Position numbers and translations under genes: made by a program
Virus record (IMG/VR): IMGVR_UViG_3300029288_004479
Length of the DNA stretch: 49,292 nucleotides
Direction: 5' to 3' (one strand)
DNA from: a virus
Taxonomy: Duplodnaviria > Heunggongvirae > Uroviricota > Caudoviricetes
Shown: one piece after another, positions 1 to 7,606 of the stretch
Layout of the letters: every line of letters starts with the position of its first letter
Position numbering within the stretch: the first letter of the stretch is position 1
Notes under the pieces: generated by a model
The model's database searches: none
What the model was told of the DNA's origin: nothing
What the model saw: the letters and a program-made list of their open reading frames with translations, nothing else

Positions 1-890
1 ACGAAGAAGTAACCTTATCGCATAAGATCAAGGGAGGGGCAGACCTCGCGTTTCCGACAACGCCATGTGCGAAGTTCACGGATGTAAAACAAGTTGAAGT
101 CCATTATAATGAAGGCAAATGGTATCTGTCGATAGTGGACGAGATAGAACCGCCGGAATATCACGACAACGGGTTGTATCAGGCTTTTGATTTAGGAGTG
201 ACGAAACAGACGGCGGTAAATTTGGCAGGTAAGTTCTTTGAGAAAAAGAACATCCGACCGGATTTGTATTGGAACAAGCGAATTGATAAAATAACGAGCC
301 GTAGAGATCATTGTATAAAACACACTAAAACAAACAGCCGCCCGAGCAGTCGGCAATGGATACACTTGAATAATATTAAACGGAAATTCGAGAGAAAACG
401 GAGTAACCAGATCTTGGATTTCCAGCATAAGACCTCGAAGATGATCGTCGAGAATACGAGAGCCAACACCATTATTGTTGGCGATCTTGACGTGAAGAGT
501 ATGCCTCAGTCGGAGAAGGCAAATCGAAGGTTGAACCGGTCAACGCAGGGAACCGGATACCTTGCGAGGTTTGCGGGATTTCTAACCTACAAAGCAGAAA
601 AAGCAGGTAAGAAAGTAATAGAAATCAGCGAACGCAACACGACAAAGGCGTGCTGCAAGTGCGGGAAACTGCACGATATGCCGCCGAATATTCGTGTAAT
701 GAAATGTGATTGTGGGAACGTGATCGACAGGGATCGCAACGCAGCGGTCAATATCATGGTACGGTTCCTATCACAGAATGCAATGTGGACTTGCTATCGG
801 CAGTTCGCCGATAATCTGAGAAAAACAGGTCTGGAGATTCCAGTACACTCTCAGGAAATTCCACCCCTCGTTGGGGGGGGGGATAGTTCA
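1..890 (+). mobile_element. IS200/IS605-family element, right-hand part (left part lies upstream of the window)
   Basis: TnpB-like frame open from nt 3. It ends in a subterminal hairpin (ATTCCACCCC-TCGTT-GGGGGGGGGGAT, ~858-884) followed by AGTTCA, the typical right-end layout of this family. Confidence 0.8.
3..890 (+). CDS. tnpB: RNA-guided endonuclease TnpB, 5'-truncated by the window edge; no stop codon before the IS end
   Basis: The frame is open upstream of the ORF-track GTG at 135. Motifs: RuvC-I AFDLGV, RuvC-II region IIVGDL, ISERNTTK, Zn ribbon CCKCG...CDCG, RuvC-III DRDRNAAVNI. Confidence 0.88.
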
Positions 891-917
891 TATATTAGTA
901 ATCTAAAGATTACTATT
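887..917 (+). promoter_or_regulatory. Promoter of the ART-like gene: TTCATATA-N17-ACTATT, overlapping a near-perfect palindrome TAGTAATCT-AA-AGATTACTA (896-915)
   Basis: Same TATA-to-ACTATT spacing as other promoters in the window. RBS GGTGAGG at 918-924, ATG at 933. Confidence 0.55.
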
Positions 918-932
918 GGTGAGGAAACGCCA

Positions 933-1448
933 ATGGATAAACTTACTTTATACCACGGGTCAAACACGGATTTTACAAAGTTCGATTATAGATATATTGG
1001 AAAAGGAAATGACGAAGAAGGGCCGGGATTCTATCTTACCAGCAGCCTTGAGGATGCAAGAAAATATGGTAAATACGTGCACGTAGTTGACGCGTATTAT
1101 AGACGACTTGTGCCGCTCAAAGGCAAGAAGAATGCGAACGACGTTAAATATTTGATCCTGAACGCGCCCGATTATAAAAATACATTGCAAAATTGGGACG
1201 AGAATTGGAAGGTTGGGTTGGGGAAAGCGATTGAGGCAATAACGCGTTATACATCCTCACCGCACGATCTATACCAACAAGTCTGGATAGAATTTTATCG
1301 ATATGACCCGGTAGATTACGTTAAATCTATGATCAAACTCGGGTTTGATGGGGTGTTGATCAAGAGACCCTATAGGACAGATTCAGTAAAATCCAATATG
1401 GTTCATTTTGTAGCGTTTGATCCGGACAAACTGCACATAAGAAAATAG
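933..1448 (+). CDS. ADP-ribosyltransferase-like protein (ART-PolyVal-like), 171 aa
   Basis: Motifs YHGS..F..F, GPGFYLT..EDA.KYG, GFDGV and FVAFDP match the ART-PolyVal pattern. It has its own RBS and is in frame with tnpB. Confidence 0.7.
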   Translation: MDKLTLYHGSNTDFTKFDYRYIGKGNDEEGPGFYLTSSLEDARKYGKYVHVVDAYYRRLVPLKGKKNANDVKYLILNAPDYKNTLQNWDENWKVGLGKAIEAITRYTSSPHDLYQQVWIEFYRYDPVDYVKSMIKLGFDGVLIKRPYRTDSVKSNMVHFVAFDPDKLHIRK

Positions 1449-1656
1449 TGCATATATATGTGCGAAATCGCAAAAAACCCTAGAACATATTTAACGGTTC
1501 TGAAATTAGAATTTAAGAACCCCGCCTTTTTATTTTATAAAAAAATATTAAAAGTCTGTGTTTATGTAACGGGTATGTAATGGCTCTAAAATTATACATA
1601 TGTATAATTTAGTGGTAACAATTAAATAATAATAACACAAATAATTATATCTCAAC

Positions 1657-1730
1657 GTCCCCGTAGTTCGATTTGGTAGAACGTTCGGCCTGCAACCGAA
1701 AGGCGGCGAGTTCGAACCTCGCCGGGGACA
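1657..1730 (+). tRNA. tRNA with anticodon TGC (nominally Ala), atypical, no encoded CCA
   Basis: Cloverleaf: acceptor GTCCCCG/CGGGGAC, D stem GTTC/GAAC, anticodon stem TTCGG/CCGAA with loop CCTGCAA, T stem GCGAG/CTCGC with loop TTCGAAC, discriminator A. Confidence 0.85.
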
Positions 1731-1738
1731 TCCTTTTT
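1731..1738 (+). terminator. Oligo-T archaeal terminator after the tRNA
   Basis: TCCTTTTT immediately 3' of the discriminator base. Confidence 0.5.
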
Positions 1739-1798
1739 GAACAACTATATATCCTAACAAACCCAAATGGTAAATAACAGTCTAATAATTAACAAACG

Positions 1799-2236
1799 GT
1801 GATCACCATTCCGCCACAAGTTTATGGAACCTTTGGAAAATATAGGATCGAGCACGAAGAGCGTAATGACATTCGGCCAGTCTGGACGAAAAAAGTATTC
1901 ATAGGTGGGCTCATCTGTGCACTGATAGGACTCATAACATCGGTCTTTGGATTTGGATATGTACTGATGCTTGCATTAACAAATCCGGACGCTCCATTAC
2001 CAGAATTTCTTGGTTACTTACTTCTTGCGAATTTTGTTCTGATTTGTGCATCGCTGATCGCACCCGTGATCAACAAATACTGTGTTTTTAAGGAACATGG
2101 TGTTCGGGTCTCACTCATCGATACTGAAACGAATCAGGTTTGTATAACTGAAGATTATATCCTCACAGGAAATCCCGCAATCGATGAAGGAAATATTAAT
2201 CAAATCCTTATAGGATTTGAAGTATTAACAACCTAA
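1799..2236 (+). CDS. Two-TM membrane protein, paralog family A (copy 1)
   Basis: G.YRI..E N-terminus, two hydrophobic segments and a GVRV motif, shared with 2743, 3248 and 5544. GTG start. Confidence 0.75.
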   Translation: MITIPPQVYGTFGKYRIEHEERNDIRPVWTKKVFIGGLICALIGLITSVFGFGYVLMLALTNPDAPLPEFLGYLLLANFVLICASLIAPVINKYCVFKEHGVRVSLIDTETNQVCITEDYILTGNPAIDEGNINQILIGFEVLTT

Positions 2237-2240
2237 TAAT

Positions 2241-2261
2241 TCAGAATGTGAGTGGTGTGGT
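2241..2261 (+). repeat. 21-bp direct repeat TCAGAATGTGAGTGGTGTGGT, copy 1
   Basis: Identical to 2696-2716. Confidence 0.9.
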
Positions 2262-2264
2262 TGT

Positions 2265-2504
2265 ATGGTCAAAGAGGAAAGAAATGTTATAGCCGATTTC
2301 GAACGCGATTTCGGCAAACGCGCATCACCCGACTCGATAAAAGACATTGAAGATAATATCCTACAAAAAGAAACCGAGTTGAAATCATTAAAGTGTCTTT
2401 TAGAAAACGTGAATACTTATGAGACAGCTTATTATTGGTATGTAATGGGTATCCAGCGCGGTCGGATGTATGAACGTGAAGATCAAATAAAGAAGAAGGA
2501 ATAA
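2265..2504 (+). CDS. Hypothetical coiled-coil protein, 79 aa
   Basis: ORF in an operon-like run with a plausible GGTGTGG RBS. Confidence 0.65.
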   Translation: MVKEERNVIADFERDFGKRASPDSIKDIEDNILQKETELKSLKCLLENVNTYETAYYWYVMGIQRGRMYEREDQIKKKE

Positions 2505-2506
2505 CC

Positions 2507-2743
2507 ATGTCAGCATACAAGGATAAAAACGGAAATGAACCAGATGCATTCATCGGGGAATGTATGGATTGTAAATTTTATTATGATGATAAGATCCCAA
2601 TAACTGTTGGATGCGGAGAGTGCAGGTATGGCCCACCAACAGCAATCGATCCGTTAGGTCACGGAACCTATTTTGGGGGTCATTTTCCTGTAGTCTCAGA
2701 ATGTGAGTGGTGTGGTAGATTCGAACAAAAGAGGAAGAAATAA
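2507..2743 (+). CDS. Small Cys-rich, probably zinc-binding protein
   Basis: CxxC..CxxCR..PP...P.V..CxWCG.F pattern, as in small phage Cys-rich proteins. Confidence 0.75.
   Translation: MSAYKDKNGNEPDAFIGECMDCKFYYDDKIPITVGCGECRYGPPTAIDPLGHGTYFGGHFPVVSECEWCGRFEQKRKK
2696..2716 (+). repeat. 21-bp direct repeat, copy 2 (inside the Cys-rich gene)
   Basis: Identical to 2241-2261. Confidence 0.9.
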
Positions 2744-3258
2744 TGGCGACTGAACATTCACATTTCGGCGAGTTTAGGGTTATGAGTGAAAAAGAGGATA
2801 ACAGCCCTCATAACCTTTCATATGTATTTGAAGCATTGTTTGTTTTATCACTATTTGCTATTGTAGTTATATTATGTTGGGGGATGTTATCAACAATAAT
2901 ACCACCCCCAGATAAGGAAATATTACTTCAACAGACCCTATTAGGTATATGTATTGTTGGAGCAGCATCGGTTATTTTTATATTTATTCTTGCACTATTA
3001 CCGAGGAGATGTGGAGTCAAGATCTACATTACTAAAGGGAACAATTCAGAACATTGCGAATGTAAATATTATCAATATACAAACAATGAACCGGTTGATG
3101 TAAGTAAAACCACAGAATTAATATCTGATATAGAACAACAAGCGCAAAAAATGAATGAAAAGCAACAGGAAATTGATGCCGAAAAACAAGTTTGTTGTAA
3201 TAAACACCAATCTATAATGTCCAGTGTTGAACAAGAGAGGGGAAATCATGGCAACTGA
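2743..3258 (+). CDS. Two-TM membrane protein with C-terminal coiled coil, family A (copy 2)
   Basis: Begins MATEHSHFGEFRVMSE; two TM segments; GVKIY motif. Confidence 0.8.
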   Translation: MATEHSHFGEFRVMSEKEDNSPHNLSYVFEALFVLSLFAIVVILCWGMLSTIIPPPDKEILLQQTLLGICIVGAASVIFIFILALLPRRCGVKIYITKGNNSEHCECKYYQYTNNEPVDVSKTTELISDIEQQAQKMNEKQQEIDAEKQVCCNKHQSIMSSVEQERGNHGN

Positions 3259-3769
3259 ACATTCACGTTTTGGTGAGTTTAGGGTTATGAGCGAACAAGA
3301 GGATAACTGTCCTAACAATCTTTCAGATCAATTCAATGGTTATTCGGCATTGTTTTTTATTGGTGTCATACTTACCTTAGTATATTTATTCATATATTGT
3401 ATAACGTCTTCAGTAATAAATGTTAATCCCCTCATCCAAATACCCATAGCGATTGGAATAACCTGTACTTGTGGTGGAGCAGCGATAATTTGTCAAGTGA
3501 TACGGATATTATTACCCTATGGTTTCGGTGTCAAAATATATGTTGTCGAAGGTGAATCAAGCACAACACATTATTCAGAATGGTATTATCAGTATACAGG
3601 AGATAATGGTGCAGACGCACAAAAAATTGCTGATTATATTAGGGTATTGAGCAATCTGGCGCAGAGACTAAATAGGGAAAAACTCACAATGGGAAATAAG
3701 AATCAGGAAAGAGATACACGGTATCAGGATGTTATGGCCCAAGTAAATGAACGGTTGGGAGAGCATTAA
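3248..3769 (+). CDS. Two-TM membrane protein with coiled coil, family A (copy 3); start moved to ATG 3248
   Basis: Begins MATEHSRFGEFRVMSE. The first ~60 nt are nearly identical to those of 2743. Confidence 0.8.
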   Translation: MATEHSRFGEFRVMSEQEDNCPNNLSDQFNGYSALFFIGVILTLVYLFIYCITSSVINVNPLIQIPIAIGITCTCGGAAIICQVIRILLPYGFGVKIYVVEGESSTTHYSEWYYQYTGDNGADAQKIADYIRVLSNLAQRLNREKLTMGNKNQERDTRYQDVMAQVNERLGEH

Positions 3770-3771
3770 TT

Positions 3772-4074
3772 ATGGAAGATAACTGGAAAACACTTGCCAT
3801 AAAAGTGGGTATAGCGGCAGTGATATTATTAATTGCGGGGTATCTGATAGTAGCCGTAGTTGAGGATCAAGTGCGAATATGGGATAAATTCCAAAATGCA
3901 CCGTATTGTAATAGTACTTCACCGCTCGGAAACGAATCGGTTGGGATATGCAAAATAACCAACACGTCATGGATATATTGTGAGTACCCGAATGTTAATT
4001 CATCGCGCCGCCCGGTAATTGATTTTGAAACTGTTGGGTGTAAGAATATTAGTATAAATAATGTAGAACTGTGA
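3772..4074 (+). CDS. Membrane-anchored exported protein, 100 aa
   Basis: N-terminal TM, four Cys and several N-X-S/T sites. Confidence 0.7.
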   Translation: MEDNWKTLAIKVGIAAVILLIAGYLIVAVVEDQVRIWDKFQNAPYCNSTSPLGNESVGICKITNTSWIYCEYPNVNSSRRPVIDFETVGCKNISINNVEL

Positions 4075-4079
4075 TAATT

Positions 4080-4775
4080 ATGGATTACAAAAAAATATTA
4101 TTATGTTTAATTACGATCTCTTTGATATTTGTGTGTGGATGCACTACTTACGATCAACAGGGATCAAGTCAGGTCAGTCCTAAATCAGATGTAGTTGTGG
4201 TAAAAGAGGCAACAATAGATTCATCGTCTATAGTTGTAGAAGCAGAGGATTGGAACCAATACATAAATAAAAACGATAGTTTTTCAATAGTGTATCCAAA
4301 AGACTGGAAAATAACAACAGAGTTAGCAGATAATATGTTTGGGGAGGAAAAAGATACTTATGGTTATCTTTACTACGACGACGTTGTACATGTAACTGCA
4401 CCAAATGAGAAATCGTATATTATACTCTTTGGAAAAAACATTAGTGAGTTTGTGGAATATATTGACAATGTAAAAATCGACGAGGTTTCTTATTCAACAC
4501 TTATACTTGCAATAATGGATTCCGAAGATGAAAATAGAACTATTACAAAGGTTGGAATAGATAAGAACGATTATAAAGTAAATGATATTGTTGCGAAAAA
4601 GATTCCATTCAATATGACTTCAAATGGGATGAATTATCAAAGTGAAGCATGGATTTTAATGAATGAAAAAAGTATATATGTCGAAATGTATTACACTGAT
4701 AATACAAACGACAATGCAGAGTCAGATCTGAAAACAGCTAAAAAAATAATGTATTCATTTAAGATTACGGAGTAA
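4080..4775 (+). CDS. PsbP-like lipoprotein
   Basis: Signal peptide with lipobox-like FVCGC; FSIVYPKDWKI motif typical of PsbP-fold archaeal lipoproteins. ATG 4080 preferred over GTG 4071. Confidence 0.6.
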   Translation: MDYKKILLCLITISLIFVCGCTTYDQQGSSQVSPKSDVVVVKEATIDSSSIVVEAEDWNQYINKNDSFSIVYPKDWKITTELADNMFGEEKDTYGYLYYDDVVHVTAPNEKSYIILFGKNISEFVEYIDNVKIDEVSYSTLILAIMDSEDENRTITKVGIDKNDYKVNDIVAKKIPFNMTSNGMNYQSEAWILMNEKSIYVEMYYTDNTNDNAESDLKTAKKIMYSFKITE

Positions 4776-4779
4776 AATT

Positions 4780-5154
4780 ATGGATTACAAACAAGTAATA
4801 TTAATTCGCATGGATATCGATATGTCGTGCGGTAAAAAATGCGTTCAGGTAGCGCACGCATCAATGATGGTGTGTGACGATGCAGAGCACCAGTCAGATG
4901 ACTATAAAGCACGTGAGTTCTGGAAAGAAGAGGGTATGCGTAAAGTTGTTTTAAAAGCTCCCGATCTCCCAACATTAAACGAATACGAGCGTAAAATACA
5001 ACAGTTAGGTATAGTAACTCACAAAGTCGTGGATTTCGGGTTAACGCAACTTGAACCGAATACAATTACAGCATTAGGTTGCGAACCTCTCAGAATAGAT
5101 AGTAAAAAAGGAATAGCACTTGCAGAGTTAACAAAGGAGTTGAAATTATTATGA
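4780..5154 (+). CDS. pth2: Peptidyl-tRNA hydrolase, Pth2 (archaeal/eukaryotic) type
   Basis: YKQVILIR.D..M..GK...QVAHAS, W..EG.RKVVLK and V.D.G.TQL.P.T.TALG match the Pth2 consensus, with the conserved K, D and T present. Confidence 0.9.
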   Translation: MDYKQVILIRMDIDMSCGKKCVQVAHASMMVCDDAEHQSDDYKAREFWKEEGMRKVVLKAPDLPTLNEYERKIQQLGIVTHKVVDFGLTQLEPNTITALGCEPLRIDSKKGIALAELTKELKLL

Positions 5155-5309
5155 ATATGGTTGGTATAAATGGAACCAAAATGGTTGTAAAAGCATATCC
5201 CGGCTGTGATCAGAAATGGGATGATTGCGTCAACCATTTTACTTGCGAATGTGGTGAAGACTGTTGGTTTACATCAGAAGATTATAGAAAGGAAATGAAT
5301 TCCACCTAG
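5151..5309 (+). CDS. Small Cys-rich protein, 52 aa (not in the ORF track)
   Basis: ATGA overlap with the pth2 stop. MNMVGINGTKMVVKAYPGCDQKWDDCVNHFTCECGEDCWFTSEDYRKEMNST. Confidence 0.5.
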   Translation: MNMVGINGTKMVVKAYPGCDQKWDDCVNHFTCECGEDCWFTSEDYRKEMNST

Positions 5310-5320
5310 TCAGGATAACC

Positions 5321-5351
5321 CTTAAATATTCTGGTGTCAAGATCAATTATT
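5321..5351 (+). promoter_or_regulatory. Promoter CTTAAATA-N17-ATTATT
   Basis: TATA box preceded by GGATAACC; variant of the window-wide motif; ATG at 5355. Confidence 0.5.
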
Positions 5352-5354
5352 ATA

Positions 5355-5525
5355 ATGATAAAAATACCGATAATGGGAGATATTACCCCCGACGAATACA
5401 ATCTCATTCGCAAAGCGAATGAAATCGAGTTAAGGGAACGCGCGAAGTTTGAAGGAGGGTCATGTGATATCGAGTTCTTCATGGCAGATAAAAACAACCT
5501 TCGCACAATTGTACAGAGATCATAA
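5355..5525 (+). CDS. Hypothetical protein, 56 aa
   Basis: Near-leaderless start just after the promoter. Confidence 0.5.
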   Translation: MIKIPIMGDITPDEYNLIRKANEIELRERAKFEGGSCDIEFFMADKNNLRTIVQRS

Positions 5526-5543
5526 TAGATTAGAAGGTATAAT

Positions 5544-5984
5544 ATGAATTACAAAGGTATTATTAAAGAACACAACGGATATAAAATCGAATATCGTGAA
5601 GTTGATGATATTTTAGTAGATATATATAGGACTAAAATAAATAATTTCTGTATTGCCGGATATGTACTCTCTTTTTTTGGGACGATGTTGTTAACAGATA
5701 TGCCGAAATGGATATCTATGGGATTATGGTGCGCTCTATCAGTTGCGGTTGGATTTTTCCTCGTGTTTAGTGATATACTTATGACACAAAAGAGGGGTTT
5801 AAAAATTCGCGTTACTGGTAATGGAGTTAAAGAAGATGTTGGAAGCGTCGCCTATTCAGAATCTCTATCAGACGATTCAGCCTCATTAAAAAAATTGGTT
5901 AATAAAGCAGAAGAGAAAATATCGGAACTTCAAATAGCGCAAGAAAAATATAATAGTTACAGAGAACAATTGCTCCATTCTTAA
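5544..5984 (+). CDS. Two-TM membrane protein with coiled coil, family A (copy 4, diverged)
   Basis: GYKIEYRE N-terminus, two TMs, GLKIRV motif, then D...L..L and a coiled coil. Confidence 0.7.
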   Translation: MNYKGIIKEHNGYKIEYREVDDILVDIYRTKINNFCIAGYVLSFFGTMLLTDMPKWISMGLWCALSVAVGFFLVFSDILMTQKRGLKIRVTGNGVKEDVGSVAYSESLSDDSASLKKLVNKAEEKISELQIAQEKYNSYREQLLHS

Positions 5985-5992
5985 GGGTTTTT

Positions 5993-6310
5993 ATGAGGAT
6001 TACTCTGGTGGCGGTTATTTTAATATTAGGGATCATTGTAGGGTTTGTTCTTGGATATACAATAGCATACGCCCAAAAACAGGATCACGCCTCCCAACCA
6101 CTGTCCCCATCAAAATACACAGATCTCCCGACCACAAAAAAAGTGCCTGAAACACCGGTATTTTATCAAATCCCCCTAGGATACTATATTATATATATAC
6201 GATATGGTGTCGATCTCTCTGAAAAGCCGGTATCTTATCAAACACCCCCAGAGTACCCACAAGATCTTATTAAAAACACGACATGGGAAACAAATGACAC
6301 AATTAAATAA
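5993..6310 (+). CDS. Membrane-anchored protein with an internal duplication (PETPVFYQIP / SEKPVSYQTP)
   Basis: N-terminal TM and a Pro-rich tail. Confidence 0.65.
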   Translation: MRITLVAVILILGIIVGFVLGYTIAYAQKQDHASQPLSPSKYTDLPTTKKVPETPVFYQIPLGYYIIYIRYGVDLSEKPVSYQTPPEYPQDLIKNTTWETNDTIK

Positions 6311-7379
6311 AAAATACCTATATTTTGCGCTTATCAGTTTTATTCTGATAGGTATTTTCACACGGTTTTATAAATTGGACTTTCAATGTTTTTGGACGGA
6401 AGAGGAATACACACTTAATATTGCCAGATTATCTTTTGGAGAGATCTGGACGTTAATTACAACAACCGATTTTACCCCGCCGTTGTTCTATTGGGTAGAA
6501 CATGCAATGGGACTAACATTCGGATACGGTCACGATATTTTGCGGATACCTTCAGCAGTTGCTGGAGTATTATGTATCCCGACAATGTATTGGTTAGGTA
6601 AAACTTACAAAGATGAATTTACCGGGCTGATCTGTGCGGGACTTGTTACAACAACATATCCCTTTATTTATTACTCCCAGTTTGCGCGAGGGTACGAAGA
6701 ATCTTTTTTATTGTTTACAATAACCTTGACGTTATTCTTAAAAATACGTGGTGGGGATAAACGGACAATAACATACGCTTTATTTGGGGTACTTGGCGCA
6801 ATATCCATATGGATGCATATGTATGCGGCCATACCTATATCGTTATTATTACTGGTAACTCTCATCACGGATTGGGGGAAAGGATCGAGAATTAGTGCCG
6901 CGTGTTATATTTTGGTTCTCTCACCGTTAATCCAGATGGTGAATACGTTATTCAATATTAGAGTCCGTACAACGAACGAGTTTCCATACGGTCTAAAATG
7001 GTATGAACTTATAGCCACGACCCCAACTGAATTCTTCAATAATATATTTCCCTTTATGGGGATATTGGTGGTGTTTGGGTGGTTTTTTGAGCGCGGACGA
7101 AAAGTGGCGTGGGAGATCTTAATAATAAGTATAATCACAATTGTATGTGGAGTAATTCTTGCGAATTATATGCCAATGTATCCAAGGTATTACATGACCG
7201 TGGCATCAGTTTTTATATTAATTGCTGCGGCAGGTTTTTCAGAACTCACGAAATTTATAACGAAAACCGATTGGGCGATGATTGTTATTTTAATGGCTAT
7301 GCTAATTTTCTTCGTAATATTCCAAAACGAGGGGTATCTCGGGCATTATCTATACCAAAAGTATGTTTGTGAGGTTTAG
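6294..7379 (+). CDS. GT-C fold glycosyltransferase (PMT/ArnT-like, lipid-linked sugar donor); start moved to ATG 6294
   Basis: Polytopic membrane protein. Motifs W.EEEYT, DFTPPLFYW, LRIPSA.AG, YSQFARGY and YPRY are typical of the PMT_2/ArnT family. Confidence 0.8.
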   Translation: MTQLNKKYLYFALISFILIGIFTRFYKLDFQCFWTEEEYTLNIARLSFGEIWTLITTTDFTPPLFYWVEHAMGLTFGYGHDILRIPSAVAGVLCIPTMYWLGKTYKDEFTGLICAGLVTTTYPFIYYSQFARGYEESFLLFTITLTLFLKIRGGDKRTITYALFGVLGAISIWMHMYAAIPISLLLLVTLITDWGKGSRISAACYILVLSPLIQMVNTLFNIRVRTTNEFPYGLKWYELIATTPTEFFNNIFPFMGILVVFGWFFERGRKVAWEILIISIITIVCGVILANYMPMYPRYYMTVASVFILIAAAGFSELTKFITKTDWAMIVILMAMLIFFVIFQNEGYLGHYLYQKYVCEV

Positions 7380-7606
7380 AACCCCCCGAAATCTTCCGAA
7401 CCCAATTCCGGGTTATCAGCAGAGATCGCTGCACCCAGAAATATAAGGTAAACCCCCCATACAATAATCATTCCTAATACTAAAACAGTAGTTCCATGCA
7501 TCCAAGGCCGAGGCGCAATTTGTATAAGTATATAAGAATTTAGTAAGAATCCAACAAATCCCACAGCCAATAGTATTAAGGTAAATGGCCCGATATTAAG
7601 TGACAT
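7376..7606 (-). CDS. Small two-TM protein, 76 aa
   Basis: Last gene of the minus-strand operon; its stop overlaps the stop of the convergent plus-strand gene. Confidence 0.65.
   Translation of the reverse strand: MSLNIGPFTLILLAVGFVGFLLNSYILIQIAPRPWMHGTTVLVLGMIIVWGVYLIFLGAAISADNPELGSEDFGGF

Noticed and set aside
1689-1696. Reading the tRNA as Cys (GCA)
   Set aside because: It needs a shifted loop that breaks the 5-bp anticodon stem, and the discriminator is A rather than the U expected for Cys.
1548-1766. 72-aa minus-strand ORF
   Set aside because: It is the antisense of the tRNA and its promoter region.
7376-7379. Overlapping stop codons of convergent genes as a regulatory feature
   Set aside because: Common in compact genomes, with no further structure to support a special role.
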